A DNA stretch of 64,000 nucleotides from an uncultured Verrucomicrobiota bacterium (GTDB lineage: Bacteria > Verrucomicrobiota > Kiritimatiellia > CAJWTS01): assembly GCA_913047795.1 (NCBI GenBank), contig CAJWTS010000011.1:5232-69231 (forward strand), in the 5' to 3' direction. The notes beneath the pieces are model-generated. The model was not told the origin of the DNA, did no database searches, and saw only the letters and a program-made list of their open reading frames with translations. Of the stretch, positions 43,007 through 52,996 are shown in pieces. How positions within the stretch are numbered: position 1 is the first letter of the stretch; each line of letters opens with the position of its first letter. Both the position numbers and the translations under genes were made by a program.

Positions 43007-44235
43007 GGCGCCGCTTGATCCGTGCTGGCGTTCGTGCCGCGAATGATCGCGGCGAGTTGCTGCGCAACGAGTCCGTGGCCGTGCTCGTTGAAGTGACAGA
43101 AATCGAAGTAGACGTTGTCAGCATCGTTCAGTATGCGCCCGGCTTCGCTGATCTCGACGCTCCTGTCTGCTGCAACCTCGCGCATGATCTCGTTGTAGAC
43201 CACGTCGAGATGGAGCGGCCAGCCTCCATCGTAGGCCTCGTGGACGGCATCCATTTGCCGCGCGTCTTCGGCCTTTCCCGTTTCGTTCATCTGCTCGTAG
43301 GCGCGACTCAAAAACTTGCGTGCCAGGGTGGCATATGTCGCGCTCTCGTCCATCACCGCGGTTAGGATCTTTGTAGCGGAGGCAGCGTCTCCATTCTCGA
43401 TCAACCCGGCAGCGATACGGATTTTACCGACCATGTCAGGATTGTCATTCAGAACCACGAAGATCAGGCGTGCACCGCGCTCGCGAGCGAGGTCCGCGAT
43501 GTTCTGCAGGTTGGCACGGTAGGCGTCCGGCGGTACGCGCGCGATAAACGTCCCGAGATCGTAGGGTGCGTCCTTGTCCTCGTAGGTGATCAGTCCTGTC
43601 TTTGTGGCGGCATATTTCAGGATCTTGAACAGGGCAAGCCGGGTCAGTGGGTGGGGCTGCGTTGGGCGAGCGGCGGTCGCCTTGAAATTGGCCAGGCTAT
43701 CCTGTGCGCCGGGCTCGAGCACGTACCGCCGATCATTGAAATTGAACGACGCGATGATGATCGAAGGATTGAGCTGCTCGGCCCAGAGCTGCAGCGTCTG
43801 AAGGCCTTGCAGGGACGAGTACCCCGGGAAGGCCAGGTTGATGACGGCGTGTGACGGCAGCAAGCGGTCCAGTTGCTCGGGGTAGCCGTCCTTGTTCAGC
43901 GTCCGAAAGGCAAACGAATTGGAGTCACCGATGATCAGGATGCGGTTGGTGGCGCCCTCATCGAGCTGCTTGCCGTCGATCGCCAGCAGGCCACGGTGGT
44001 CGTACCGGCGTCTGCTCCGGAAGGTGAATCCTTGATATCCCGGTTTCGCCTCCCATCCGCGTTCCGGCGAAAGCTGGACGCCTGACGGGGACTGCAGGTC
44101 GGGGACCGGCACCAGGTCGGCCTGGATCGAGATGAGGATCCGTGCGCCGCATTCGGCAAGGATCAGCAGGACCACGGCAACCGCGAGGCCGCCCAGGATT
44201 TTTCGGACTGGGTGGGTCTTGTGCATGGCGTTCAA
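43003..44235 (-). CDS. SGNH/GDSL hydrolase-family protein with TPR-like insert
   Basis: IIGDSNSF, NLAFPGYSSLQG, FNFND, DFCHFN; helical insert before the C-terminus. Confidence 0.8.
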   Translation of the reverse strand: MNAMHKTHPVRKILGGLAVAVVLLILAECGARILISIQADLVPVPDLQSPSGVQLSPERGWEAKPGYQGFTFRSRRRYDHRGLLAIDGKQLDEGATNRILIIGDSNSFAFRTLNKDGYPEQLDRLLPSHAVINLAFPGYSSLQGLQTLQLWAEQLNPSIIIASFNFNDRRYVLEPGAQDSLANFKATAARPTQPHPLTRLALFKILKYAATKTGLITYEDKDAPYDLGTFIARVPPDAYRANLQNIADLARERGARLIFVVLNDNPDMVGKIRIAAGLIENGDAASATKILTAVMDESATYATLARKFLSRAYEQMNETGKAEDARQMDAVHEAYDGGWPLHLDVVYNEIMREVAADRSVEISEAGRILNDADNVYFDFCHFNEHGHGLVAQQLAAIIRGTNASTDQAAP

Positions 44236-44328
44236 TTGGCTTCCGATCGTTGCACAGGCGCGCTCATTTGACCATTCCGTTGTGCCCTTGACGGTAGGTG
44301 CTGATGTGCGTGAGCATAGTGTTCACCG

Positions 44329-45462
44329 ATGAAGATCGCATCTAAGATTCGTGGCGTCTTGCCCGGCTGTATTGTTGTCGGCGCACTGCTGCTGGCATAC
44401 GTGCCGCACATCCTGTCGCATAACGTGCGCAGTCATGATTTCCTGAAGGGAGACTGCTATTACTATAAGACCATGATCGTGTCCATGCTCGAGGACGGCG
44501 ACCTAGTCATGAGTAACAATATCGGGAAGGGAATCGATCCGCTGAACGGGTTTCTTGCGCTGGGCAAGGATGACGACCTGGAGCGGTTGGTTCCCAAGCA
44601 TCCGATCCTGCTGCCGGTGGTATCCCTGCCGTTTTATGCCGTCCTGGGCAGCGTGGGGCTGCTTCTCTTCAACCTGCTTGTCATTGTCGCCGTCTTCCTT
44701 GTGATGTATGGGATCCTCCGCTTGTTCTACGACACATGGATAGCGGTCGCGACGAGTGTGCTGTTCGGGGTCGCGACGCTCTTCCTTAACTACAGCTACA
44801 ACTATTCCCCTGACGCCTTTTCAACGCTCATCTTTCTGGCGGGCCTGTACTGCGCGTTCCTGCGCCGGCATGGGGCGGCCGGATTACTGCTTGGTCTCGC
44901 GATATTCGCGAAGCTTCCCAATCTGCCACTGGTGATTGTTGTGACCGGATATGTCGCCTGGGATCTCTTGCTGCGCGCGGAGCCCGGCCGCCGCGCGCAC
45001 GGCATGGGCCGGTTCGCCCTGTTTGTCCTCTGTCTGGGCGTGGCGTTGATTCCACTCGCCTGGTCGAACCAGGCGCTCTACGGCGCGCCGTGGATTTTCG
45101 GCTATCATCGTGAGATCACCGCCGCGGGACTGGACGACCATGTCGGAAATTTCAACCAGCCCTTTGTACGGGGCTTCGTTCGCCTGTTGATCGATGGCGA
45201 ACACGGGCTGCTGACGACCAACCCGATCTTGCTCGTCTCGGGCGTCGGACTGGCCTGTCTGTGGCGCCGTTCGGGTCGCGCGGAACTGGTTGTGATCGGC
45301 CTATTGTGTCTGGCGCAACTTGCGTTCTTCGCGTCGTACGACGAGTGGAATCACAGCCACTTCAGCAATCGCTTTCTCATGACAACCGTCGCCCTGTCTT
45401 CCGTATTCGCTGCCGCCGTTCTCGAGCGTGTGGTTCGCGTCTTCGCGCCACCCATGGAGTGA
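44329..45462 (+). CDS. multi-TM GT-C-like (glycosyltransferase family 39/87-like) membrane protein
   Basis: GDCYYY...SMLEDGDL, PKHPI, about 10 TMs, GLAIFAK, RFLM. Confidence 0.6.
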   Translation: MKIASKIRGVLPGCIVVGALLLAYVPHILSHNVRSHDFLKGDCYYYKTMIVSMLEDGDLVMSNNIGKGIDPLNGFLALGKDDDLERLVPKHPILLPVVSLPFYAVLGSVGLLLFNLLVIVAVFLVMYGILRLFYDTWIAVATSVLFGVATLFLNYSYNYSPDAFSTLIFLAGLYCAFLRRHGAAGLLLGLAIFAKLPNLPLVIVVTGYVAWDLLLRAEPGRRAHGMGRFALFVLCLGVALIPLAWSNQALYGAPWIFGYHREITAAGLDDHVGNFNQPFVRGFVRLLIDGEHGLLTTNPILLVSGVGLACLWRRSGRAELVVIGLLCLAQLAFFASYDEWNHSHFSNRFLMTTVALSSVFAAAVLERVVRVFAPPME

Positions 45463-45477
45463 TCGCCGCCGCGCGGA

Positions 45478-46275
45478 TCAACGCCTGAGCACAATGAACC
45501 AGTAGTCGCCGTTGGAGAGAACGAGAATGGCCTTGCCGACATAGGCCAAACGCACATTTGGCATTTTGGGATCCGATTTGCCAAACAACAGGTCATGCGT
45601 ACGTTTCTCTCTTCCCGCAGCGTTGACGAAGCGCATGAAGGCCGGTCCGCCTACCGAGGGCAGGTTTTTAACGAACGTTGGTTTAAAGTCGTGGGCGTAG
45701 GCCTGTTTTAGTTCGCGATTCAGGTCGGACGTGCGTCGCATCGCGGAGCTGGAGATGCTGTAGCGCTGATCCGTGATCTTACGGGCTCGATGCATCGGCA
45801 TGCGCAGGTACAGCCACGGTTTGCCGTATCGATCGGCCGCGGGAAAGTCGCCCGCAGGCGAATAGCCGGCAAGTGTTTCCAGGTTCGCCGGGTACTCGAG
45901 TTTATCTTTGTAATATTCCTGGAGGGCGCCGCGCACGGTGCTCAGATCCATGCGCGTTGTCCAGCGCAGGGCCATCGCGTTGCCGGCGGCAGGCAAGGGG
46001 TCGGCGACTTCGGATTCCATTTTGCGATAATGCAACCGGGCCGCACCATGATCCCCGCGCCGCAATTCATGCCACGCGCATATGCCGCGGGCGACGTTGA
46101 CAAGGGGCACGGCACGATTGGCAGCTTCGAAAGCGTGGCATTGTTCGATGACCCGCGCGGATGCTTCGGTTTGCGCGAGGTGGTTGGTCCAGAGCGACCA
46201 GAGCTGTCTTTCAATCTGGCCCGACGCGCTGGAGGCGCTTAGCACGAGGGCCAGCACCAGGGCGGCGTGGCGCAT
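45478..46275 (-). CDS. hypothetical exported protein with a T2SS pseudopilin-G-like segment
   Basis: Signal peptide; segment ALQEYYKDKLEYPANLETL...DRYGKPWLY. Confidence 0.55.
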   Translation of the reverse strand: MRHAALVLALVLSASSASGQIERQLWSLWTNHLAQTEASARVIEQCHAFEAANRAVPLVNVARGICAWHELRRGDHGAARLHYRKMESEVADPLPAAGNAMALRWTTRMDLSTVRGALQEYYKDKLEYPANLETLAGYSPAGDFPAADRYGKPWLYLRMPMHRARKITDQRYSISSSAMRRTSDLNRELKQAYAHDFKPTFVKNLPSVGGPAFMRFVNAAGREKRTHDLLFGKSDPKMPNVRLAYVGKAILVLSNGDYWFIVLRR

Positions 46276-46309
46276 CGGCGCATGGCGGGACCGCACTCCC
46301 AGCCTTCGC

Positions 46310-47854
46310 TTACTGCGTAATCGCATAAAGCAGAATGTTCTGACCCAGGGCCGTCGCGCCGCTCGCGTCGTAGGAATGCGAGTACGGATTCGGGGAGAGT
46401 TCCCATCCGCCCGCCAGGCCGTAGCGGCTGTAGATCACGGCGTAGTGCCCGTCAATCTTGATACCCAGAAGGTGCGGCCGCACGGATGATTGATTTTTAA
46501 GTTTGGCGGCGAGCGCATGTGTCACGCCGACTCGTTCGATGTTATTCGGGTAGCTGAAGATCTGGTGGTTCGCGGGGACGGGGGCCAGTTCCTTGCCGGG
46601 CAATACGCCACGCAGGATTTTACGGAACGAGGCGTCGAAACCCTGGCGGCCGCAGCAGGCCTCGGCGAAGACCGTGCCGCCGTTGAGCAGGTATTGCCGC
46701 AGCATCTTGGCTTCGTTGATGTTCAGTTTGAATTGTTCATGGCCCGTGATGTACAGCAGCGGTGTCTCGAACAGTGTCGGTGCGGACAGCCGGAATTCCT
46801 TGTGTCCGTACTTGACCGGTATGTCCGTGCTGCGGTTGAACTGGCGCATCAGGATCGAGAGTGCCTTGTGGCGTGTCTTCCACTCGCCGTCGTACATGGC
46901 TTGCCCGATGAACATCTTGCCCGCGTACGCGGCCTCGCTGTCGACGAACTCCAGGGTGTTGACCGCTTTCTTGCTCCACGCGCGTTGTGCCGTGGCGTAG
47001 GCCATCACGTTGACTCCGAGCCGTCGCGCGGATTCTTCCTTGTAGCATTGATAGGCGTCGGCTCCCTTGCCGGCCCATCCGGCCGAAAGGCCATAGCGCG
47101 AAATCACGGCGACGGTGCGGCAGTTGATCGTGATGCCGTCGAAGTGCGGAGCTGAACTCCTGTATCCACCTTTGCGTACGCCGTCATAGTAATCGACCCG
47201 CCCGATATCGTAGTACGAGTGATAGATCGGATGATCGGCGGAGAGTTGTTGCAGTTGTGCCTCCGGAAAGATGACCTTCAACTCCTCGGCCGCGGATCGG
47301 TAGAAGGGTAGGGAGCCCAGTCCGGTGTTGAACAGAATGAAACCGCCATCGAGAAGGTACTTGCGCATCTTGGCCCGCTCGGCTGCTGTCATGCTGAAGC
47401 GGAAATGACCGGTACGATACAGGATCGGGTTCTTGTCGGGCTCGGGACTGACCTCGGCCCAGCGGCGCACCTCGTAATCGAAATTCGCGTCGACGGACTC
47501 CTTCATGTTCTTGAGCAGCATGGGCAGGTCGTTGGGATAGACCGACCAGTCGATCGGGCTGAATTTGGACTGAATCTTGGTGAACATGACGGGTGGCGAT
47601 GGCGGGTTCTTCGCTTCGGCACGCGATTGTGGAACGATCGGCGGCCCCGGAAAGGGCACCCAGGTTTCGGCCGATGCGATGTTCTTCGGCGGTGGAGGCG
47701 GTGGCGATGGCTTGACCGGTGGCGGTACGAAGCCGGATTCGTTTTGTCCGCCGCCGTGAGCCTGGGCCCGGGTCAGACTGGGGAAGAGCAGGGCCGCGCT
47801 CAACAGGACGGTCATCGCGAGCGTTGCGGGAGTCGGTCTCGGCGGGCGATTCAT
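46310..47854 (-). CDS. tandem DUF4159-domain exported protein
   Basis: Two copies of PILY.TGH...LR.YL..GG..., HPI, G.N...YA; signal peptide and Pro-rich linker. Confidence 0.8.
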   Translation of the reverse strand: MNRPPRPTPATLAMTVLLSAALLFPSLTRAQAHGGGQNESGFVPPPVKPSPPPPPPKNIASAETWVPFPGPPIVPQSRAEAKNPPSPPVMFTKIQSKFSPIDWSVYPNDLPMLLKNMKESVDANFDYEVRRWAEVSPEPDKNPILYRTGHFRFSMTAAERAKMRKYLLDGGFILFNTGLGSLPFYRSAAEELKVIFPEAQLQQLSADHPIYHSYYDIGRVDYYDGVRKGGYRSSAPHFDGITINCRTVAVISRYGLSAGWAGKGADAYQCYKEESARRLGVNVMAYATAQRAWSKKAVNTLEFVDSEAAYAGKMFIGQAMYDGEWKTRHKALSILMRQFNRSTDIPVKYGHKEFRLSAPTLFETPLLYITGHEQFKLNINEAKMLRQYLLNGGTVFAEACCGRQGFDASFRKILRGVLPGKELAPVPANHQIFSYPNNIERVGVTHALAAKLKNQSSVRPHLLGIKIDGHYAVIYSRYGLAGGWELSPNPYSHSYDASGATALGQNILLYAITQ

Positions 47855-47924
47855 GCGTTTCCTCAAGCGCCATTGTTTGCCAGTGCGCTGGGCATGTCTA
47901 CCCGAAAGTGGGTGACGGAATATA

Positions 47925-48422
47925 TCAGTTAGCCGGTCCGACGGCATTGGGTACGACTTCGTTCAGAAATTCGCCTTCGCGCTTTGGCGCGTTACGGTCT
48001 TTGTGCTTCAGTATGGCCGGATCCATCAGCACGGTATTGGGCGTGGGGGTTCCGATTCGCTTGATGCGTCCCTTGCCGGCTACTGCTTCGCCCTTCTTGA
48101 GTTCCGCGGCCAGGGCTCGCGAACGTGACTTCTTGACGACCAGCACGACCCGCATGTCGGAACCCGGTTCGCTGGTCACGAGCGTGAAGGCGCCCGTGAT
48201 TGGCTTGTCTTTCTGGATCTGCGACACGGTGAGATAGCGAAACTGGTAGAGCACGTTCTTTTCGGTTGTCGAGTCGCGTAGTTGCGCGCGCATGCGATCT
48301 GATTTCGCCAGCGTGTAGTCGAGACAGAATTCGTTGAGATTGCGTACCTCGCCCGCGACCGCACCGGTCGCGGCAAGAACGATTACGAATATGAGCGTCG
48401 CACGTGTCCCATGCATGTCCAT
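47925..48422 (-). CDS. hypothetical exported protein (possible OB-fold)
   Basis: Signal peptide AVA-GE; co-oriented with the DUF4159 gene. Confidence 0.6.
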   Translation of the reverse strand: MDMHGTRATLIFVIVLAATGAVAGEVRNLNEFCLDYTLAKSDRMRAQLRDSTTEKNVLYQFRYLTVSQIQKDKPITGAFTLVTSEPGSDMRVVLVVKKSRSRALAAELKKGEAVAGKGRIKRIGTPTPNTVLMDPAILKHKDRNAPKREGEFLNEVVPNAVGPAN

Positions 48423-48580
48423 AGCGTACCCTCCGATGGTGGCGAACTCAAGCGGGCGGCGGCAAATTCCTCGACTTGCGGCATCTATCGGGGCACCCTG
48501 ATTTCAGGTCGGGGCACCGGCCGGAAAGGTATGCAGGAGCTCGTACATGATCAATTTTGGAGTCAGGAGTTCGCGCAATC

Positions 48581-49777
48581 GTGACTGACGCAACCGAAAA
48601 GGGACGTCCGTTGTGCCTGCGGCGTATCGCGTTCGGGACGGTACTGCTAGTGGTCGTGCCGCTCGTCCTGCTGCTCGTCCTCGAGATCTTCTGCCGGGTC
48701 TGGTTCGCCTACCAGGTGGGCCCCAGCGTGCTCGTGCGTGGCCTGGGCGCGCGTGTTGACAGCCGCTTCGAAGAGGAGTCGGTCGAGAACCATTTCAACG
48801 TCGTCGGTGAATTCGATAAGTATCATCCTCACCAGTCCCGTTACGGGCGTGATCCGAAGTCGAAGGAGCGATTCAAGGTGCGCATCAATAACTGGGGTTA
48901 CCGTGGTGCAGATTTCACAGCGCAGAAGCCGGCGGACACGATCCGGGTTGCGACACTGGGCTCGTCATCCACATTCGGGTTTTACAATCGCGACGAAACG
49001 ACCTATCCGCGTTATCTGGAAGATGCGCTGAATCAACGCTGTCCCGATCAGCGCTACGAGGTGCTGAACCTCGGGATCCCACATCTGCCTGTCTATAATA
49101 TCTATCACCTCTTCATCAACGACGGTGTGGCCTTGCAGCCCGACATCGTGACCCTGTACGAGGGCGGAAACGACAGCGCGGGGTTTTACGGCGTGCAGCT
49201 CTCGCGTCCGCGTCCCGTGCGCGATCGTCTGGGCCGTGTCAAGGCACTGCGTATGGTCGATTACGTTCTCAGCTTTCGTTCCGTCTTCTACCAATTCTGC
49301 AAGAGTGTCTTTGAAGAGCGTGACAATCAGTTTACCCGCGAGGAAGTTGAGCGCCACGCCGAGGGCAAGAGCGAAGATTTCCTGACCTGCGTCGCGAAAA
49401 TTCGAGCTGTTTGTATCGAACACAACGCGCGCTTCATCGTGGCTACGCAGCAGATCAACTCGAGCGGGTATCGGCTGACCGAGGACGCCGCCAAGGCCCG
49501 GCTGACTTATGAAGACGAATGCAGGTACGTGCTTGATAAGATTGAACGCGGCGAACGGGTCTCACGTTATGAAGCGAATCTGTACGTTCATCATGGAATG
49601 ATGCGGGATTTGCGTGCATGGGCGGCGGAGAACGACGTGCCGCTTGCGGATGCGATTTTGGCGCTGGATCATCGGCGCGAAGTACTCGTCAGCTGGTTAC
49701 ACTTAAGCCCGGAGGGGAACCGCATGATTGCGGGGGTGCTGGCCGAGACGATTCTTGCCGATGGTTGCACGCAATGA
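48581..49777 (+). CDS. SGNH/GDSL hydrolase-family protein
   Basis: INNWGYRG, LGSSSTFG, VLNLG, YEGGND, WLHLSPEGN. Confidence 0.8.
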   Translation: MTDATEKGRPLCLRRIAFGTVLLVVVPLVLLLVLEIFCRVWFAYQVGPSVLVRGLGARVDSRFEEESVENHFNVVGEFDKYHPHQSRYGRDPKSKERFKVRINNWGYRGADFTAQKPADTIRVATLGSSSTFGFYNRDETTYPRYLEDALNQRCPDQRYEVLNLGIPHLPVYNIYHLFINDGVALQPDIVTLYEGGNDSAGFYGVQLSRPRPVRDRLGRVKALRMVDYVLSFRSVFYQFCKSVFEERDNQFTREEVERHAEGKSEDFLTCVAKIRAVCIEHNARFIVATQQINSSGYRLTEDAAKARLTYEDECRYVLDKIERGERVSRYEANLYVHHGMMRDLRAWAAENDVPLADAILALDHRREVLVSWLHLSPEGNRMIAGVLAETILADGCTQ

Positions 49778-49780
49778 TTT

Positions 49781-50947
49781 ATGAACAGGATTGAAAATCG
49801 AAAGTTTTCCGCTCCGCGTGGGTTTTATATACTGTCCTTCGCGGCTGCGCTGGTGCCGGCGTTGATCCTCCTCTTTCGTTTCGGTCGCACATGGATACCG
49901 GTCGTCATCGTGTTGGGCGCCGTCGCAGTGGTGGGCTGGCTGATGCTGCGTCGCTGCGGTCGCGGCACAGCGAGTCTGCTGCTCAGCCTGGCGCTGCTGA
50001 ACCTTCTGGTCGTGGTGCCTGAACTCGTGCTGCGCTTGACGGGTTTTCGATACGCAGCCGGCATACAGTTCGGACATGAGCAGCATGCGCACTTCGATTT
50101 GTATGTGCCGGACGTGGATCTTTTCTGGCGTCTGCCTGCCGGGCGATCCGGAGGAAATCAATGGGGCTTTCCCGGTCATGATCCGGCCGTGCCCAAGCCG
50201 CCGAACCTGTACCGGATCATGTTCCTCGGAGACTCGTGTACGATGCAGGGCTACCCCTACAAGCTGCATGTATCGTTGAATGAGAATCATGCGACGCCGG
50301 ACCGTTCCTTTGATTGCGTGAACATGGCGTTGGCGGGTTATACCTCGTTCCAGGGTCGCCGGGTAACGGATCTGTACGGCGAAAAATTGCAACCGGACCT
50401 GGTGACGGTCTACTTCGGATGGAACGATCATTGGGCGGCATACGGCGCCGCCGATCGCGATAAGAAGATTGATCTTGCGACGCGGCGCATACTGGGTGGG
50501 AGCCGCTTCCTGCAGTTCCTGATGAAAGCGCTTGCCGATACCGGCCTGTCCCGGCCGCAGCCGTTGGATGTGTTTCGCGTATCGATCGCGGACTACGAGG
50601 CGAACCTGCGTTACATCCAGGCCTTCTTCGCGGAACGCGACGTGCCCGTTATTTTCCTGACCGCTCCCACGTCGCATTACCGGCTCGGCGTCCCGGCGAG
50701 GACGATCGAGGAGAAACTGGGCCAAGCGGCGGCCGGGATTCAAGAGGCGCATCGCGCCTATAACGATGTGGTGCGCCGGGTTGCCGAACAGACCCAATCC
50801 GAATTGATCGACTTGGAGCAGCATTTCGAGGCCGAAGCAGCGATCGAGCCCTTCTTCACGGCGGACGGCATTCACCTGACCGATCGCGGACTGGCGCGGA
50901 TTGCAGCGCAGATTGAACGCCACCTGATGCGGCGTCTCGAACGCTAG
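49781..50947 (+). CDS. SGNH/GDSL hydrolase-family protein
   Basis: Three N-terminal TMs, FLGDSCT, NMALAGYTSFQG, FGWND, DGIHLT. Confidence 0.85.
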   Translation: MNRIENRKFSAPRGFYILSFAAALVPALILLFRFGRTWIPVVIVLGAVAVVGWLMLRRCGRGTASLLLSLALLNLLVVVPELVLRLTGFRYAAGIQFGHEQHAHFDLYVPDVDLFWRLPAGRSGGNQWGFPGHDPAVPKPPNLYRIMFLGDSCTMQGYPYKLHVSLNENHATPDRSFDCVNMALAGYTSFQGRRVTDLYGEKLQPDLVTVYFGWNDHWAAYGAADRDKKIDLATRRILGGSRFLQFLMKALADTGLSRPQPLDVFRVSIADYEANLRYIQAFFAERDVPVIFLTAPTSHYRLGVPARTIEEKLGQAAAGIQEAHRAYNDVVRRVAEQTQSELIDLEQHFEAEAAIEPFFTADGIHLTDRGLARIAAQIERHLMRRLER

Positions 50948-51003
50948 ACGGAGCCGGCCAGACCAACAACAGAGGCCACAATGTGCTGCCATTTGGGCTT
51001 CAT
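50944..51003 (-). pseudogene. truncated 5' remnant of a further cassette ORF (MKPKWQHIVASVVGLAGSV*)
   Basis: ATG with a purine-rich RBS 21 nt after the R' core GTTCGGT; ends at the convergent SGNH stop. Confidence 0.4.
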
Positions 51004-51024
51004 GTTCTACCCCTTTTTCTCAAA

Positions 51025-51093
51025 ACCGAACATTGAGGTAACCTTTTTCTGGAAGCGGAGCGTTCGGAAATGCGGTTCGCCTATTTGTTCGAC
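51025..51093 (-). mobile_element. integron attC site 4
   Basis: GTCGAAC-aaat-AGGcgAACC...GGTTaCCT-caat-GTTCGGT on the minus strand; 69 bp with R''/L''/L'/R' architecture. Confidence 0.75.
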
Positions 51094-51128
51094 TCCTAGT
51101 GTGACAAGTTGTCGATGCGCGATAACCG

Positions 51129-51962
51129 CTATTCCGCCAGGAGCTCACGTACGATGTCGGCGTTCATGCCGACCTGATCCGCGTGCCGCTGGTACATTCC
51201 GACGTTGACGATGTCGGTCTGCTTGATCCGGTCGAAGGCAAACTTGAACGCGGCACGAATGTTTTCGGGCGTGTCGCACTTGCGCGCGGCGGCAAGAATC
51301 TTGTAGGCGATGCAGGGCTTGTCGGTGAACCGAGTGAACGCACAGGTCACTTCTCGGTCCTCGTCGTCGAATGGCTCTTCGGCCTGCTCGCCTTTGGCGA
51401 CCAGGTCACGATCAACCTTTGCCAGGTGGTAGAAGCAAGACATATAGAAGTCGATGTCCCAATCCTTGTCTTCGACGTAGCGCAGGATTTCCGGTAAATG
51501 CGCCGCAATGCCCACCATGGCGCCGGTATCGCGCATCGCCTTGAGATAATCCTCCACCTGATCGAATGTCCCGTTTTTCCAGTGCTGATCACTCATTGAG
51601 CCGTGGAAGTAGATCCCAATCGGGTCGAGGCTCGCAATGTCGCGGATGTTCTCGAACGGGTCCGGATGTTCACCCGCCGTCTGGCATATCCAGTTCATCG
51701 TGCCACCCCGCGCGCGATAGGCGCGGACCCTTTCGAAAATGATCTCATCGCCGCGAGTCTGCACCGTATTGATGCCGCACGCCTCGCTACGAAACCAGGT
51801 GGCGAGCGTGTTTTCGACCGAATGATATTCGCGCATCTCCGCATCGAGGTCGGCGCTGCGATGGGAGTAGCCGCGTATCGGGTTGCCGCCGATAATCAGT
51901 CGGGTGATATCGTGTTTGCCGAAACGAACAGTCGGCAGCGTTGCAGTGGCGGTGGTGCGCAT
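51129..51962 (-). CDS. hypothetical protein, aldo/keto-reductase-like fold, in cassette position 4
   Basis: LPTVRFGKHDITRLIIGGNP, GIAAH, KPCIAYKILAAAR, VGMY; GGAG RBS before the ATG at 51962. Confidence 0.7.
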   Translation of the reverse strand: MRTTATATLPTVRFGKHDITRLIIGGNPIRGYSHRSADLDAEMREYHSVENTLATWFRSEACGINTVQTRGDEIIFERVRAYRARGGTMNWICQTAGEHPDPFENIRDIASLDPIGIYFHGSMSDQHWKNGTFDQVEDYLKAMRDTGAMVGIAAHLPEILRYVEDKDWDIDFYMSCFYHLAKVDRDLVAKGEQAEEPFDDEDREVTCAFTRFTDKPCIAYKILAAARKCDTPENIRAAFKFAFDRIKQTDIVNVGMYQRHADQVGMNADIVRELLAE

Positions 51963-51980
51963 AGAGGTCTCCGTGTCTTT

Positions 51981-52039
51981 GGCCAACGCTACGGGTCACG
52001 CGCGGCGGGTACGCCATCGCGTGGACCCGTTTGTTCGAC
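51981..52039 (-). mobile_element. integron attC site 3
   Basis: GTCGAAC-aaa-CGGGTCcACGCG...CGCGTGACCCG-tagc-GTTGGCC; 59 bp with an extrahelical base in L''. Confidence 0.88.
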
Positions 52040-52996
52040 GAGGGGTCTATCGACTCGTTGTTTCGTTTCGGAATCTTCTGATGAGATGACGAGAACCAGC
52101 CCTGGCATGAGCCAGATTAAGGCCGGCATGTAGTACCTGATCTCATGCCACATGGAGGTGAAAAAATGAAGAAGAAGCCACGGAACGCAACATGAGGCGA
52201 GTCGCCAATACGGTGCCGGTATTCGCCTTGCGCCGAGGAGCAAGAGGAAGGCGGGAGAGAGCATCAGCAGAAGGTCCATGTTGCCGACAGAGACACTCAA
52301 GTTTCGCGACAGGTACTTGAGGATATCAAGAAGATTTTCTGTGGTAGGCCAAATCAGCCGCAGGCCAAGAAAGACCAGAACCCAAGCTGCTGCAGAAAGG
52401 AGAAGCCATGTGCACTCTGATCGCCTAATTTGTGGGAGCCAGTAAAGGGCATAGGCATAAGGGATAAAGCACATGGTTTCTCTGTTCAGAGTACCCAGTA
52501 GAACTAGCGGAAGGAGTCCCGCGGGCCTCCGTGACAAGGTGGCGAGCAGCCCCAGACCAAAGAACGCCATTTCCAACACAGACGTCGGCTGATAGTAATA
52601 GTACCTGTATGTAAAGGGGATAAAAGCGGCTAGGGCTGTGGATGCAAGAGCAGCGGTTCTGTCTGGCCAAGCAAGGCGGAGTGCCAGAAATACAGCTAGA
52701 AAGGTTGCGAATATTGAAAGAAACCTGATTGCAGCGTAGATGCCCAGGAACAGAATCTTGTACATCTTGGTTCCAGGTTCAGTTCCCGACAAGCGGATCG
52801 TGATTTCAACCACAATTGGTTGTAGAACACGAAACTGATATGGAGCGGGTGCGGTGTGTGTAACGATGGCATGGTGGAGTCTCTGTTGGTCTTTGAACTT
52901 GGGCAGGTCTATCGCGTCGAGATGCATGCGCGTTCCGATTGCAGCAAGTATGACGAACCATATTATGATCGCCAGAAACGGGCGTTGGCGTTTCAT
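51989..52996 (-). CDS. cassette-borne hypothetical multi-TM membrane protein
   Basis: 335 aa, lower GC than the flanks, APYQFRVL and LGTLNRET motifs; bounded by attC sites. Confidence 0.75.
   Translation of the reverse strand: MKRQRPFLAIIIWFVILAAIGTRMHLDAIDLPKFKDQQRLHHAIVTHTAPAPYQFRVLQPIVVEITIRLSGTEPGTKMYKILFLGIYAAIRFLSIFATFLAVFLALRLAWPDRTAALASTALAAFIPFTYRYYYYQPTSVLEMAFFGLGLLATLSRRPAGLLPLVLLGTLNRETMCFIPYAYALYWLPQIRRSECTWLLLSAAAWVLVFLGLRLIWPTTENLLDILKYLSRNLSVSVGNMDLLLMLSPAFLLLLGARRIPAPYWRLASCCVPWLLLHFFTSMWHEIRYYMPALIWLMPGLVLVISSEDSETKQRVDRPLVEQTGPRDGVPAARDP

Noticed and set aside
49703..50992. Long antisense ORFs (also 56835-58094, 58208-59266, 62524-63435, 35544-36416)
   Set aside because: These are shadow frames opposite well-supported genes in high-GC DNA, with no recognisable motifs.
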